This document shows, piece after piece, positions 33,840-45,170 of a DNA stretch of 64,000 nucleotides. Numbering within the stretch: the first letter of the stretch is position 1; the number at the start of each line of letters is the position of its first letter. The translations under genes were made by a program, and so were the position numbers. Under the pieces are notes generated by a model. That model made no database searches. It was not told where the DNA came from and was given only the letters and a program-made list of their open reading frames with translations. The DNA comes from an uncultured Planctomycetota bacterium (GTDB lineage Bacteria > Planctomycetota > Planctomycetia > Isosphaerales > Isosphaeraceae), in the NCBI GenBank assembly GCA_963845755.1, contig CAWJTV010000043.1, positions 56,683 to 120,682 on the forward strand. The letters run 5' to 3'.

Positions 33840-34902
33840 TTAATGGATCCCTCGCATCCCAAGCGCGACCGCCTCGGGGTTCGTCGCAAGGCGCAGGGCT
33901 TCGGTGCCGGAAATGACCTTCTCGTTGTGCAGGTCAACCAGGTGTTGATCGAACCGCTGCATGCCCTGCTCTCGGGTGTTGATGTAGTCGCTGATCTCGC
34001 CGAGCCGGTGCTCCAGGATGAACTTGGAGGTGACCGGGCCCCCCCGGAGGATCTCCATGATCGCGCGCCTCTGATCATCACGCGTGACGGCCAGTCGCTG
34101 AGAGATGACCGCCGTGAGCGATCCAGCCAGTTGGGATGTGGCGATCTCGCGCTCCTCGGGGGGGATCATCGCCAGGATCCGTTCGATCGTCTGGGATGCA
34201 TTCGAGCTGTGCACCGTGGTGAAGACCTGATGGCCGGTGTCGGCGGCGCGAAGGGCCATGCGCATCGTCTCGCTGTCGCGCACCTCGCCGACGAGGATCA
34301 CGTCTGGGTCTTGCCGCAAGGCCTGGCGCAGTCCATGCTCGAACGAGGGCGTGTCCCGGCCCACTTCGAGCTGCGAGATCATGGCTTTTTGGTTCGTGTG
34401 AACGTACTCGATCGGATCCTCGATCGTGACGATCTTGCAGTGGTAGGTCGTATTGATCAGGTCGAACCATTGCAGCCAGTGTCGTGGACTTGCCGCTCCC
34501 GGTCGTCCCGGTGACGAGAGTCAATCCACGCGGAGAGAGGGTGATGTCCTTGATGACCGGAGGAAGCTGGAGCTCGTCCAGCGTGCGGATCTTCAGTGAG
34601 ATCACCCGCATAACCAGCGCAGGGGTCCCCATGTGACTGTAAACGTTGCAGCGGAACCGGGCCAGCCCGGCGATTCCGTAGGAAAAATCGAGGCCGTCAA
34701 ACATAGCCGCGGGCAACGCTTCGGCGGTCAGGCCCGGTTTGATCGATCGGATGAACGGGCTCAAGTCCTGGTCGGTGACCGGCGGGGCCTCAACAACTCG
34801 GATCAGCCCGTTGATGCGCAACAGCGGCGAAGCACCGATCTGGAAGTGAAGGTCGGACGCGCCTTGCTCCACGGCGAACCGGAGCAGTTGATCGAAATTC
34901 AT
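33840..34902 (-). CDS. pilT: PilT/PilU type IV pilus retraction ATPase, indel at ~34465
   Basis: ASDLHF, GTTGSGKSTTLAAM Walker A, TIEDPIEY, ALRQDPDVILVGEVRD, DTGHQVFTTVH, GMQRFDQHL. Confidence 0.92.
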
Positions 34903-35230
34903 GGCAGCTCCGATTCCCAGTGGACTCGGCAAGTGACAAGTGCATCACTTTAGCACAATCTGATGACAAGGCCAAGACCCAAGCGAGGATTCGGCCAGTG
35001 GACATCGCCTATCGAATCATCGATCGGCTCATGTAGGGATCTGGCTCTCCGAGTCGACAGGTTCCCCTGCCCGACCATGGAGACGCCCCGACCGTCTGCA
35101 AGCGAGCTAATGAATAGCCCACGCACACTTTAACGCTTCATCCGGGCTTGTCATCCGACTTTCGCGACCCAATACTGAATGAAAGGCATTCCGCGTTCAT
35201 TTCCGGTCCACTGAAAGAGAGGCTGATGCG

Positions 35231-36409
35231 ATGATACGCCCGATTGCGAGCCGTCGCGGGTTTACCTTGATCGAGCTTCTGGTCGTCATCGCGATCATCG
35301 GCGTCCTGATCGCGCTCCTCTTACCGGCAGTACAGTCGGCGCGAGAATCGGCGCGGCGGACCCAGTGCGTCAACAACTTGAAGCAGTTGGGGCTGGCCGT
35401 GCAGAGCTACATCACTCAGTCCAACGTACTGCCGGCGCAGACGACCCAAAACGCCTTGATCGTGAACGGAAAGACCGGCGTCCAATGGTGGGTGTCGTGG
35501 ACCGCGAGCCTGTTGCCTCAGATCGAGCAACAGCCGCTGTACAACGCCCTGAACTTCAACGCCCCGATGCTGGAGATGGCGTCGCCGTTTTCGGGCACCA
35601 ACACGACCGTCGCCCTGACGACGATCAGTATTCTGCTCTGTCCGTCCGAGAGTGAGAACCGGAACCTGAGCTTCTCCTTTACCGCCGGCACAAGCGGCTA
35701 CCCGGGGCAATTCGCCGTGACGAATTACGCGAGCAACTACGGTGGTCCGGCCACGATCAGGGCCTGTAGCGGGACGATCGTCCCCAGCATGGGGAAGAAC
35801 AACCTGGTGTTCAACCTGATCACACAGGCCGGTGAGAAGCCGCCTGCGTCGGCGGGGCCGGTCCGGGTTCAGACGATCATCGACGGCACTTCGACGACGG
35901 CATTATTTAGTGAGCATCTGCTAGGGAATAGTAGCCTCACGTCCGTCCCGGCCACACGCGTCACCCCTGGCGGCACCAATGGTAAGCGCGGGCTGTTCCA
36001 GATTGCGGTCAACCTCCTCATCGATCAGTCGAGCGCGACCAACACTCAGTCGTTCGTCGCCGCCTGCAAATCTGTGCCAGTCACCACGCAGGCCACGTTC
36101 GACGGCAGCTTCGGAGCCCAGTGGCTCTTGAGTACCGACTACGCGACCGCGAACAATGCGTATAGCCACTTCATGGCGCCCAACTCACTCTCCTGTACGG
36201 GAACACCCGACGCGTCCACCTTCATCTCGAACTCGACGTGGGGCGGGATCGGGGCGGCCATCACGGCGACCAGCAATCATCCCGCCGGGGTCAACGTCGC
36301 CTTCGCGGATGGCTCGGTGAAATTCGTCAAGGACTCAATCAACATTCAAACCTGGTGGGGCCTCGGGACTCGTTCCGGCAAGGAGATCATCGGGGCCGAT
36401 GCGTATTGA
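35231..36409 (+). CDS. DUF1559 prepilin-like protein
   Basis: [16 protein letters not shown]...; [24 protein letters not shown]. Confidence 0.95.
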   Translation: MIRPIASRRGFTLIELLVVIAIIGVLIALLLPAVQSARESARRTQCVNNLKQLGLAVQSYITQSNVLPAQTTQNALIVNGKTGVQWWVSWTASLLPQIEQQPLYNALNFNAPMLEMASPFSGTNTTVALTTISILLCPSESENRNLSFSFTAGTSGYPGQFAVTNYASNYGGPATIRACSGTIVPSMGKNNLVFNLITQAGEKPPASAGPVRVQTIIDGTSTTALFSEHLLGNSSLTSVPATRVTPGGTNGKRGLFQIAVNLLIDQSSATNTQSFVAACKSVPVTTQATFDGSFGAQWLLSTDYATANNAYSHFMAPNSLSCTGTPDASTFISNSTWGGIGAAITATSNHPAGVNVAFADGSVKFVKDSINIQTWWGLGTRSGKEIIGADAY

Positions 36410-36478
36410 TTCGGATTTCGGATTCCCGACCTCGGATCGACGAATACATCGACTGTGGGCTTCGGGAATCCGGAGTCG

Positions 36479-38142
36479 TTAATTCGCAACAGGAATCATG
36501 CCGGGAAACACGAAGGCATAGAGCATCACGATCGCGCCGACCAGGCACGCCAGGGCGATGCTGTGCTTAAAGACGAACTTGAAAATCGCCGCTTCATTTC
36601 CGACCTGGTGGGTCGCAGTGCTTGAGACGACGATCGACTGGGCGTCAATCATCTTGCCCATGACGCCGCCGCTCGAATTGGCAGATGCCATCAGGATCGG
36701 GCTGATACCCAGCCGCTCGGCCGTGACTTTCTGAAGGTTGCCGAATAGCGCGTTCGAGCCGGCGTCGGTGCCCGTCAGCGCGACGCCCAGCCAGCCGAGC
36801 AACGTGCCGAAGAACGGATACGCGGGACCGGTTCGAGTCAGGCTCAGGCCGAGGACGGTATCCATCCCCGAGTATCGCGTGACATAAGCCAGTCCGACCA
36901 TGAAGCTGATCGCCAGAAGCGACGGAGTCAGGTGGAACACCGTGCGGACGAAGGTCCGGGCGATCCGAGCCGGGCTCATGCGCAGGATCAGTGCCGCCAG
37001 GACCGCGCCAGGAAAACCGCCGTGCCGGGCAATGACAGAAAATTCAGGTCGGCGATCGCATCCTCGGGGACGGGCTCCGGGACCACAGGCGGGATGCGCA
37101 TCACGGCGCGATGCAACATCGGCATCGGCGGCTTCAAGTAGTCCGACGTCAGGTGGCGTACGATCCACGGCTGGGCCCACACGAAGATGAACGCGGAGGC
37201 TAGCAAGAACGGGGACCATCCCTTAAGGACCGACGCCAGCGTATGGCGGCGGGTCGGATCCAGCCGCGTCTCGAGATCGTCGCTACGGCCGGAGTCATCC
37301 GCGGGAGCGACGGCGGTCTCCAGGATCGTCCTCGGCCGCCACACCTTGAGGAAGGCGACCATTGTTAACAGGGAGAAGAGGGCCGCGATGATGTCGACCA
37401 GACCAGATTCCTGGTAATTGGACCAGTAGAACTGCACTCCTGCGAACGAGAGTCCGCTCACAACGAGCGCCGGCCAGACCTCGACGGTCTCGCGCCATCC
37501 GACCATGGTCCGGACTAGCCAGAGCGGGAGGATCGCCGACAGCGGGGGCAGGATCCGGCCGGTCATGGCGCTCAGGGCCGATTCGGGAAGTCCGGTGACC
37601 GTGGCCAGCGTGCGAATCGGATTTCCAACTCCACCCCAGGCCACCGGTGCGGTATTGGCGAGTAGACAGAGCGTCGCCGCCTCGAACGGTTCGAAGCCAA
37701 GTCCGATCAGGAACGAGCCGGCGATCGCCACCGGCGCTCCACCGCCGCCGGTGCCTTCCAGGAAGGCTCCGAAGCAGAACGCGATCAGGATCACTTGGAG
37801 CCGCCGGTCGGCCGAAAGCGCTGCGATCGACTCCTTCATGACCTGGAATTGCCCGGTCTCCACGGCGATGTGATACAAGAAGATCGAGGCCACGATGACC
37901 CAGGCGATCCGCAAAAGGCCAAAGAGGAAACCGAGGACTCCCGACCCGGCGACCATTGCCGCGGGCATCCCGAACACAAACCGGGCCAGGACGACCGACA
38001 TCAGGAAACCGGCCAGGGCCGCAACCCAGACCCGTGCCCTGAGCACGATCAGCACGAAGAAGAGCGTGACCACCGGAAGCGCCGAGACGAGCGTTGACAA
38101 CGGCCAGGCATTCAGTGGGTCGTAGTCTTGAGACCAGGTCAT
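36479..38142 (-). CDS. lctP: L-lactate/glycolate permease (LctP family), indel at ~37006
   Basis: WSQDYDPL, DRRLQVILIAFCFGAFLEG, ANTAPVAWG, GTDAGSNALFGNLQ, GGVMGKMIDAQSI. Confidence 0.9.
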
Positions 38143-38151
38143 CTTCCTCCT

Positions 38152-38812
38152 TCATTCAGAGTAGCTAGTGTGGCGATCTTGTGCCGGCTCCTCGCACCAA
38201 CATGCTCGATTACGTATGGACGACGCGAGCCTCCGATAGTCTGCGAGAATCGCTTCCAGCCCTCGAGCATTCCTATCCTCCCAGAACTCCTCATAAAGCC
38301 GCTCGATCGCCTCGAACTTATCCGGGCCCGTGTCGAATGGCATGAAGTTAATTTTAACTCCTGATCTCCAAACGGTTTGCGTCTAGCATGTTTTCGGCGA
38401 TTTGGGCGGAATGTTGATATCTAGCTCGTTCCATGCGGCCTGTATCCAGGGCGTTTTCGATCTGGGCATCGAGCGAGCATATCTAAACTATTTCTGATAG
38501 TGGAGGGGAAAATCGACCCTAAGTGCAATCGGACACTATCTTTACGCTTAACTTAATGCCATTCGGGCCCGTGTCCTCTCGAAGGATAATCTCCGACCAA
38601 TCCGATTTCACGCAGGAATCCAGCCGGACGGCCAACCACTCCCGGAACCCGGAGAGGCCGCTGTTCCTCACGTTGGGGGGAAGATTTCCCAAAGCGGAAT
38701 CAAAACCGCGGCGGAACATCACTGCAAGATCGAAGTCCTTGCGGCCCACATACATTTGAGGATGTTTACAGATGTTGCTAACTAGTTCGCGGAAGGATTG
38801 ATTGTCCATCAC
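38152..38812 (-). pseudogene. ~140 aa hypothetical gene (HPQMYVG...GFREWL type) split by a MITE
   Basis: Removing 38335..38564 plus one TSD copy fuses ...EIILREDTGP to DKFEAIERLYEEF... in frame. Confidence 0.75.
38335..38564. mobile_element. 230 bp non-autonomous IS4-family-like MITE
   Basis: TIRs GAATGGCATGAAGTTAA vs revcomp GAATGGCATTAAGTTAA (16/17 match); 11 bp direct repeat GGGCCCGTGTC at 38324-38334 and 38565-38575. Confidence 0.88.
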
Positions 38813-38839
38813 TTCCTCCTGGCGGGTTTCAACTTGCGT

Positions 38840-40203
38840 TTAAGGACGGATCACCGTGCCGTCGCGGCGGCGGGTGGTTCCCCAGTTGAAGTCGAAAGAC
38901 GGGTCGTCTCGGATCGGGTACTTGGCGGCGAGCTTCTCGTCGATGTCGATGCCCAGTCCCGGGGCCTCGTGGGCGTACAGGTTGCCGTCCTTGGTCTCGG
39001 GGCAGCCGGGGAACACGGCGCGGGTTTCGGGCGGGAAGACGCCGCCCTCGTGTATGCCGAAATTCGGGCTGGCCAGCTCCAGGGCCAGTTGAGCAGCGTG
39101 GGCGATCGGGGAGGCGTCGCTGGGTCCATGCCAGGCGGTTTTCACACCGAAGAATTCGCAGAGCGCCGCCACCTTGCGCGCCATGCTCAGGCCGCCGATC
39201 TGCGAGATGTGAATGCGGATGAAGTCGATCAGTCGCCCGGCGATCAGCGGCAGGTATTCTTGCTGCGTGTTGAAAAGCTCCCCCATTGCGATCGGGACGC
39301 TCGACTGCTGCCGGATCAGGGCGAAGTGGTCCTTTTCCTCGGGCGGCAGCGGGTCTTCCAGGAAGAACAGGTGGTATTTCTCCAGGTCCTTGCAGAGCTG
39401 GACCGCCTGGCTGGGCGAGATCCGTTCGTGGACGTCGTGGAGCAGCTCGATCTCGTCGCCAAGGGTGATGCGAAGGTGCTCGAACAGCTTCGGCAGCGTG
39501 CGCAGGTAGACGCCCGGCTCCCAGACGCTCCTGGGATTGGTCGGTCCGGACATTTCGCGATTCGTCGGCCCGTTGCCTTGGCGAGCGCCGTAAGTCGCCA
39601 TCCCGGGGATGCCCACCTGGACGCGGATATGTCGATAGCCCTTGGCCATCGCCTGGCGCGCGCACTGTCCTCGACCTGCTTGAAGTCGCGACCCTGGACG
39701 TGAGCATAGAGCGCGGCGGCGAACCGGCACTTGCCGCCCAGCAATTGATAGAGGGGCATGTTCGCGCGCTTGCCTTTGATGTCCCAGAGCGCCATGTCCA
39801 CGCCGCTCATGGCGTTGAACAGCACCGGACCGTTCCGCCAGTACGAGCTGACATACGACGATTGCCAGATGTCTTCAATCTGATCGACGTCGCGGCCGAC
39901 CAGGAAGGGTTTCAAGTATTTCTCGACGGCCGTCTGCACGACGCGGGCGCGTTGCGTGAACGTCGCGCAGCCCACGCCATAGAGGCCGGGCTCGCTGGTC
40001 GAGACCTTGACGATCACCAGTCGGACCCGGTTGGGCGCGGTGAGGATCGTGGAGATGTCCGTAATCTTCAAGGGGGGCAGGCCGTGGCCGGCCGCCAGTT
40101 CCGGCTTCGGCTGAGCCGCGTTCGCCTGTCCAGAGATAAGGTCGACGCAACCGGCCGCGGCACCGGCCGACAGCCAGCCCAGGGCGTCTCGACGATTCAA
40201 CAT
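38840..40203 (-). CDS. Tat-signal RspA/ManD-like acid-sugar dehydratase (enolase superfamily), indel at ~39660
   Basis: [53 protein letters not shown]. Confidence 0.88.
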
Positions 40204-40339
40204 GCGCACTCCTCCCGCGGGGACCGCGAGGAGGGGCCGGGCACGACACAACTTCCTCGGTCGGTCACAACGGAGGCCAATCTAACCCGTGCATCGGCCC
40301 ACCGCAACTGCCTGCTCGGGAACTCGACCGCGACGATCC

Positions 40340-40630
40340 TTACTTCCGCGTTGGTCTCGGTTTTCGCGTTGCGTCTCTTCGCGCCTGACCGATCCGTTCG
40401 ACGGCTTTCCGGGCTGATCGTGTATCGGGGAAGTTGCGTATGATCTGGTGGTAGGCGGCAAACGCCTTCTTGGTGTTGCCCTGTTTCTCCAGGTCTTGGG
40501 CAATGGCCAGGATGCGGTCAGCCTCTTGCTCCGGCGTCGCGGCGGAAACCGGTGGCGCCTGCGACCCCGACCCCGCACAGCCGGTCATGACCGAGAATAA
40601 AAAGAGACCAACGATGGCGATGGCGCGCAT
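40340..40630 (-). CDS. Small TPR-like lipoprotein (DUF1559 partner)
   Basis: Lipobox MTGC; A..L..A..LEK.G..K.A..AY..I...FPDT..A..A. Confidence 0.7.
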   Translation of the reverse strand: MRAIAIVGLFLFSVMTGCAGSGSQAPPVSAATPEQEADRILAIAQDLEKQGNTKKAFAAYHQIIRNFPDTRSARKAVERIGQARRDATRKPRPTRK

Positions 40631-40647
40631 GACGTACCATCCGTTGA

Positions 40648-41454
40648 TCACGGATAGAACATTTCGTTGGGATAGACATAGCCGCCGGGATACATCTGCG
40701 GGTAGGCGACACCCTTGGTCAACGATAGCACGTGCCCGTCGAGGAACAGGCAGTTTGCTGCGCCGTGGCGGTTCCAGGGAATCCAGGTGTCGAGAACCAG
40801 GGTGCCCAGCCAGACATCGTAGTCGTCTTGCCGGGGTTCGCCACTCTCCGACGAGTTCAAGATTCCCAGGGCGTCACGCTCATTGTAGGCGATGAAATTA
40901 GACAGACCGATCTCAGACTGGAATCGCGGCAGGGTCCACCGTCCATAGCGCATGGTCTTGTGGCTGAGCTGCGAGTTCATCAGGTAGCTCGTCCGGTTCG
41001 CGATCCCGTCAACCAGGCCCGTCGTCGGGTTGACGTAAGGGGTGATCAACGAGATGTCGGACATGCAGCGGAAGATCTTCTCGTCGGCCACCTGCACGCC
41101 GCCCTTGGCGATGGCCTCGTTCGCGTAGGCAGGATTGACGTAAGGCATGATCTTGTCTTCCCAGTAGATCTCCGCGAATGATTCGGCAGCCCCGATCTGG
41201 GAAAGGACGTCGGCATCAAACGGATGGTGGAGGAAGTCCTGTCCGTTCCAGTCATCGAAGTACTGCATCGTCGCAATCCCGATCTGGTGCAGATTGCTCT
41301 GACAATCCATCCGCCGCGCGGCCTCGCGTGCATTCTGAACGGCAGGAAGCAGGAGGCCCACCAGCACCGAGATGATGGCGATCACCACAAGTACTTCGAT
41401 CAGCGTGAATCCGGACCGGCATCGCATTCTCACGGTTTTGCTCCCTTGCCCCAC
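40648..41454 (-). CDS. Divergent short DUF1559/prepilin-like protein
   Basis: [36 protein letters not shown]-terminal [14 protein letters not shown] (H-x9-DG). Confidence 0.9.
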   Translation of the reverse strand: MGQGSKTVRMRCRSGFTLIEVLVVIAIISVLVGLLLPAVQNAREAARRMDCQSNLHQIGIATMQYFDDWNGQDFLHHPFDADVLSQIGAAESFAEIYWEDKIMPYVNPAYANEAIAKGGVQVADEKIFRCMSDISLITPYVNPTTGLVDGIANRTSYLMNSQLSHKTMRYGRWTLPRFQSEIGLSNFIAYNERDALGILNSSESGEPRQDDYDVWLGTLVLDTWIPWNRHGAANCLFLDGHVLSLTKGVAYPQMYPGGYVYPNEMFYP

Positions 41455-41763
41455 GTAGAGCCGTGCAACGGGCTCGTACTACGAAATCGAAGTTCGTAAT
41501 ACCCTGGAATGGCAATCCTAGACTTCGACCGCGCGTTTGGCAACGGGGGAGTCATCCCCAGCGTTTTTTTCTGCGCTGGGGCGGGGTCACCAGCCTCGCG
41601 CCTGGCACGGCCCTTGCCGCGATTCGTCCGGGCGTATTACGATAACGCCGAGTGCGGCTTTCCGCATGAGCGGTTCCCGAGGCCCGGTGACTCACTTGGT
41701 CGAGTTGCCGGGCTTCCTCGTTCGACCGGGAAGAACTGGCGCGAAACGATACCAAGGACAACA

Positions 41764-42963
41764 ATGATCTCGACGGACGTGGCGATAATCGGAGGAGGGA
41801 TCGTCGGACTGGCGACGGCCTACCAGTTCACCAAGGAGCTTCCCGGTCGGCGGGTCGTCGTACTGGAGAAGGAGGCCGAGCTGGCCCTTCACCAGACCGG
41901 ACACAACTCGGGGGTGCTGCACTCGGGCATTTATTACAAACCCGGCTCGCTCAAGGCGATCAACTGTCGCCAGGGCAAGCGGCTGATGGAAGAGTTCTGT
42001 GCTGCCGAGGGGATTTCGTACGAGATTTGCGGGAAGGTCATCGTGGCACTCGACGACGCCGAGCTGCCGGCGATGGAACGCATCTTCGAGCGCGGCCAGG
42101 CCAACGGCGTCATCTGCGAGGTGATCGGCCGCGAACGGCTCACGGATCTGGAACCGCAAACGGCCGGAATCCGGGCGATCCACGTCCCCGAGGCGGGCAT
42201 CGTCAACTACAAGCAGGTCTGCCAGCGGCTGTCTGAGCGCGTTCGCGAGCGAGAGGGCCAGGTGCTCATGTCGGCGCGCGTCACCAAGATCGACCGGAGC
42301 ACGGACCGAGTCATCGTGACGACCACTGCCGGCGAGGTCGAGGCCCGGCAGGTGGTCAACTGCGCCGGGCTACATTGCGACCGCGTCACGGCGCTGAGCG
42401 GACAGAAGCCGGACGCCAAGATCGTGCCGTTCCGGGGCGAGTACTTCGAGCTGAAGCCCGAGGCCACTCATCTGTGCAACAATCTGATTTACCCGGTGCC
42501 CGACCCCAACTTCCCATTCCTGGGCGTGCACTTCACGCGGATGATCGAGGGTGGCGTGGAGTGCGGTCCCAACGCCGTGCTGGCATTCGCCCGCGAGGGA
42601 TATCGCAAGACGGACTTCAACCTGGCCGACATGGCCGAGACGCTCACCTACTCCGGATTCCTCAAGATGGCAGCCAAGTACTGGAAATCGGGCCTGGGTG
42701 AGATGTGGCGGTCGGCAAGTAAGGCGGCGTTCGTCAAGGCACTTCAGCGGCTGGTCCCCGCGATCCGCGCCGAGCACCTTCACGCCGCGCCGGCCGGGAT
42801 CCGGGCGCAGGCCGTGATGCCCGACGGCTCGATGGTCGACGACTTCCTGATCCAGGAAGCCGACCGCGTCATCAACGTCAACAACGCCCCATCGCCGGCC
42901 GCGACCGCTTCGCTCAACATCGGCAAGACCATCGTCGCGCGGCTGGCGCCCCGGCTCGGTTGA
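41764..42963 (+). CDS. lhgO: L-2-hydroxyglutarate oxidase
   Basis: [58 protein letters not shown]. Confidence 0.92.
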   Translation: MISTDVAIIGGGIVGLATAYQFTKELPGRRVVVLEKEAELALHQTGHNSGVLHSGIYYKPGSLKAINCRQGKRLMEEFCAAEGISYEICGKVIVALDDAELPAMERIFERGQANGVICEVIGRERLTDLEPQTAGIRAIHVPEAGIVNYKQVCQRLSERVREREGQVLMSARVTKIDRSTDRVIVTTTAGEVEARQVVNCAGLHCDRVTALSGQKPDAKIVPFRGEYFELKPEATHLCNNLIYPVPDPNFPFLGVHFTRMIEGGVECGPNAVLAFAREGYRKTDFNLADMAETLTYSGFLKMAAKYWKSGLGEMWRSASKAAFVKALQRLVPAIRAEHLHAAPAGIRAQAVMPDGSMVDDFLIQEADRVINVNNAPSPAATASLNIGKTIVARLAPRLG

Positions 42964-42985
42964 CCCAATCGGACGAAGGTGACTG

Positions 42986-44081
42986 ATGAACGACTCGAAA
43001 GAGACGCGAACCTATTCTATCGAGCGGCTGCGCGAGTTCTCCACTCGGATGTTCCGGCACTTCGGGGTCCCCGAGGTCGATGCCCGGCAGGCGGCCGAGG
43101 TCCTGGCGACCAGCGATCTCAGGGGAATCGATTCCCATGGCGTTGCGCGTTTGCATTCCTACTTCGAGATGCTGACCCTCGGCCGGATCAACCCTCGGCC
43201 CCAAATCCGGATCGTCCGCGAGTTGGCGGGCACAGCGACCGTAGACGGCGACAATGGGCTGGGGCTCGTCGTCGGTCCCAGGGCCAACGCGATCGCCATG
43301 GAGAAGGCCGAGGTCGATCGGCTCGGGTTGGGTCAGCGTGTGCAACACGAACCACTTCGGCATCGCGGGCTACTATCCGCTCCAGGCCCTGAAGCGCGAC
43401 CTGATCGGCTGGGCCATGACCAATTCGACGAAGCTCGTCGCCCCGCTCTGGTCGGCCGAGCGGATGCTCGGGACGAATCCGGTCGCCATCGCCTTTCCGG
43501 GTAAGGCGGAGCCGCCGATCGTCATCGACATGGCGACCAGCGCCACGGCCTACGGTAAGATCGAGATCGCCCTGCGCAAGCAACAGACGATTCCGGACGG
43601 CTGGGCGATCGACGCCAAAGGCGCCGCCACGAATGATCCGCGGAGCATGATCGAGGCGGGGGCCTTGCAGCCGCTCGGCGGCGATCGCGATCACGGGGGC
43701 CACAAGGGCTATTGCCTGTCCGCGATGGTCAACATCCTCTCCTGCGTTCTCAGCGGCGCGAACTGGGGCCCGTTCGCGCCCCCGTTCGCGTTGAGGCAGG
43801 AGATACCGGAGCGGAGCGTGGGCCGCGGGATCGGCCACTTCTTCGGAGCCCTGCGGATCGATGGTTTTATTGATCCGGATGAGTTCAAACGCCAGATCGA
43901 CGATTGGATCCGCGTGTTCCGTGCCGCCCGCCCGGCGCCGGGTACTGCCGGCCCGCGGATCCCCGGCGATCCCGAGCGCGAAGCAGAGGCCATCCGCCGC
44001 GAGACCGGCATCCCCCTCGTCCGGGCCGTCGTCGATGATCTTCACGACATCTCGAAACAGACTGGAATCCCGTTTGATTGA
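42986..44081 (+). CDS. Type 2 malate/L-lactate (Ldh_2, ComC/AllD-like) dehydrogenase, indel at ~43320
   Basis: DLRGIDSHGVARL, NHFGIAGYY, GTNP.A, DMATS, GGHKGYCL, PGDPE. Confidence 0.9.
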
Positions 44082-44135
44082 TCGAAACAATGTGCGTGGT
44101 GTTCTACCCGTACTCGGCCATTGGAGCCCATGGTC

Positions 44136-45170
44136 ATGAAACGTCGAACTTTCCTCACGGCCTCGGCGACCGTGGCAGCCCTCGCGTCCACGACGGTCGC
44201 CCCGGCGCGGACGACGAAGCGGCTCAAGGTGATCCTCCCGACGACGAGTCTCGAGCCGCTCTCGGACCTCCAGGCGGCCGCTCCCGAGGTGGAGCTGGTC
44301 CAATGCCAGAACGAAGATGAGGCGGTCGAGCGCGTCGTCGACGCCGACGCCTCGTATGGCTTCATCAGCTCGCGGATCGTCCGCGCCGGCAAGTCACTGA
44401 AGTGGGTCCAGCAGCCCAGCGCCGGCGTCGAGCATCTGATGGAGATCCCCGAGCTCGTCCGCAGCGATATCATCGTGACCAATATGCAACGGGTCTACGG
44501 TCCCGAGATCGCCGATCAGGCGATCGGTTATCTGCTGGCGTTCACCCGCAGCCTGGCCCACTTCGTTCGTACGCAGCCAGGTCAGGAGTGGCGTTCGAGC
44601 GGGCCGGGCGTCGTGCTCGACGAGCTGATGGGCAAGACGCTCCTGGTCATCGGCCTGGGAGGCATCGGCAGCGAGATCGCCCGCCGCGCCGCCGCGTTCG
44701 GCATGCGGGTGCTGGCCACGGACCCGAAGGTCCTGGAGCGGCCGACCTATGTCGAGGAGTTGCACAAACCGGCCGCGTTCCACGCCCTGTTGCCGCGGGC
44801 CGACGTCGTCGCCAGCGCCGTGCCGCTTACGAACGCATCTCGACGGATGATCGGCGCGAAGGAGTTCGCCATGATGAAACGAGGCGTCATCCTGATCAAC
44901 GTCTCGCGCGGGGGCGTCGTCGATACGCAGGCCCTGATCGATGCCATGGACCGCAAGCAGGTCGCCGCCGCCGGGCTCGACGTGACCGATCCTGAGCCAC
45001 TCCCAAAGGGCCACGCCCTCTGGTCCCGAAACGTCATCATCACGCCCCACGGCGCGGGCCAGTCGCCCGGTGGTGAGCGACGAAGGCACGAGATCCTCTG
45101 CGAGAACCTCCGTCGCTTTGCCTCCGGCGAGATGCTTCTGAATATCGTTGACAAGAGGGTCGGCTATTGA
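44136..45170 (+). CDS. D-2-hydroxyacid dehydrogenase with Tat-like signal
   Basis: MKRRTFL, SAGVE, GLGGIG, INVSRG, LDVTDPEPLP, ITPH. Confidence 0.9.
   Translation: MKRRTFLTASATVAALASTTVAPARTTKRLKVILPTTSLEPLSDLQAAAPEVELVQCQNEDEAVERVVDADASYGFISSRIVRAGKSLKWVQQPSAGVEHLMEIPELVRSDIIVTNMQRVYGPEIADQAIGYLLAFTRSLAHFVRTQPGQEWRSSGPGVVLDELMGKTLLVIGLGGIGSEIARRAAAFGMRVLATDPKVLERPTYVEELHKPAAFHALLPRADVVASAVPLTNASRRMIGAKEFAMMKRGVILINVSRGGVVDTQALIDAMDRKQVAAAGLDVTDPEPLPKGHALWSRNVIITPHGAGQSPGGERRRHEILCENLRRFASGEMLLNIVDKRVGY

Noticed and set aside
35121..35160. Pho-box-like repeats upstream of DUF1559
   Set aside because: TTCAT/GTCAT units are not at 11 bp spacing; too weak
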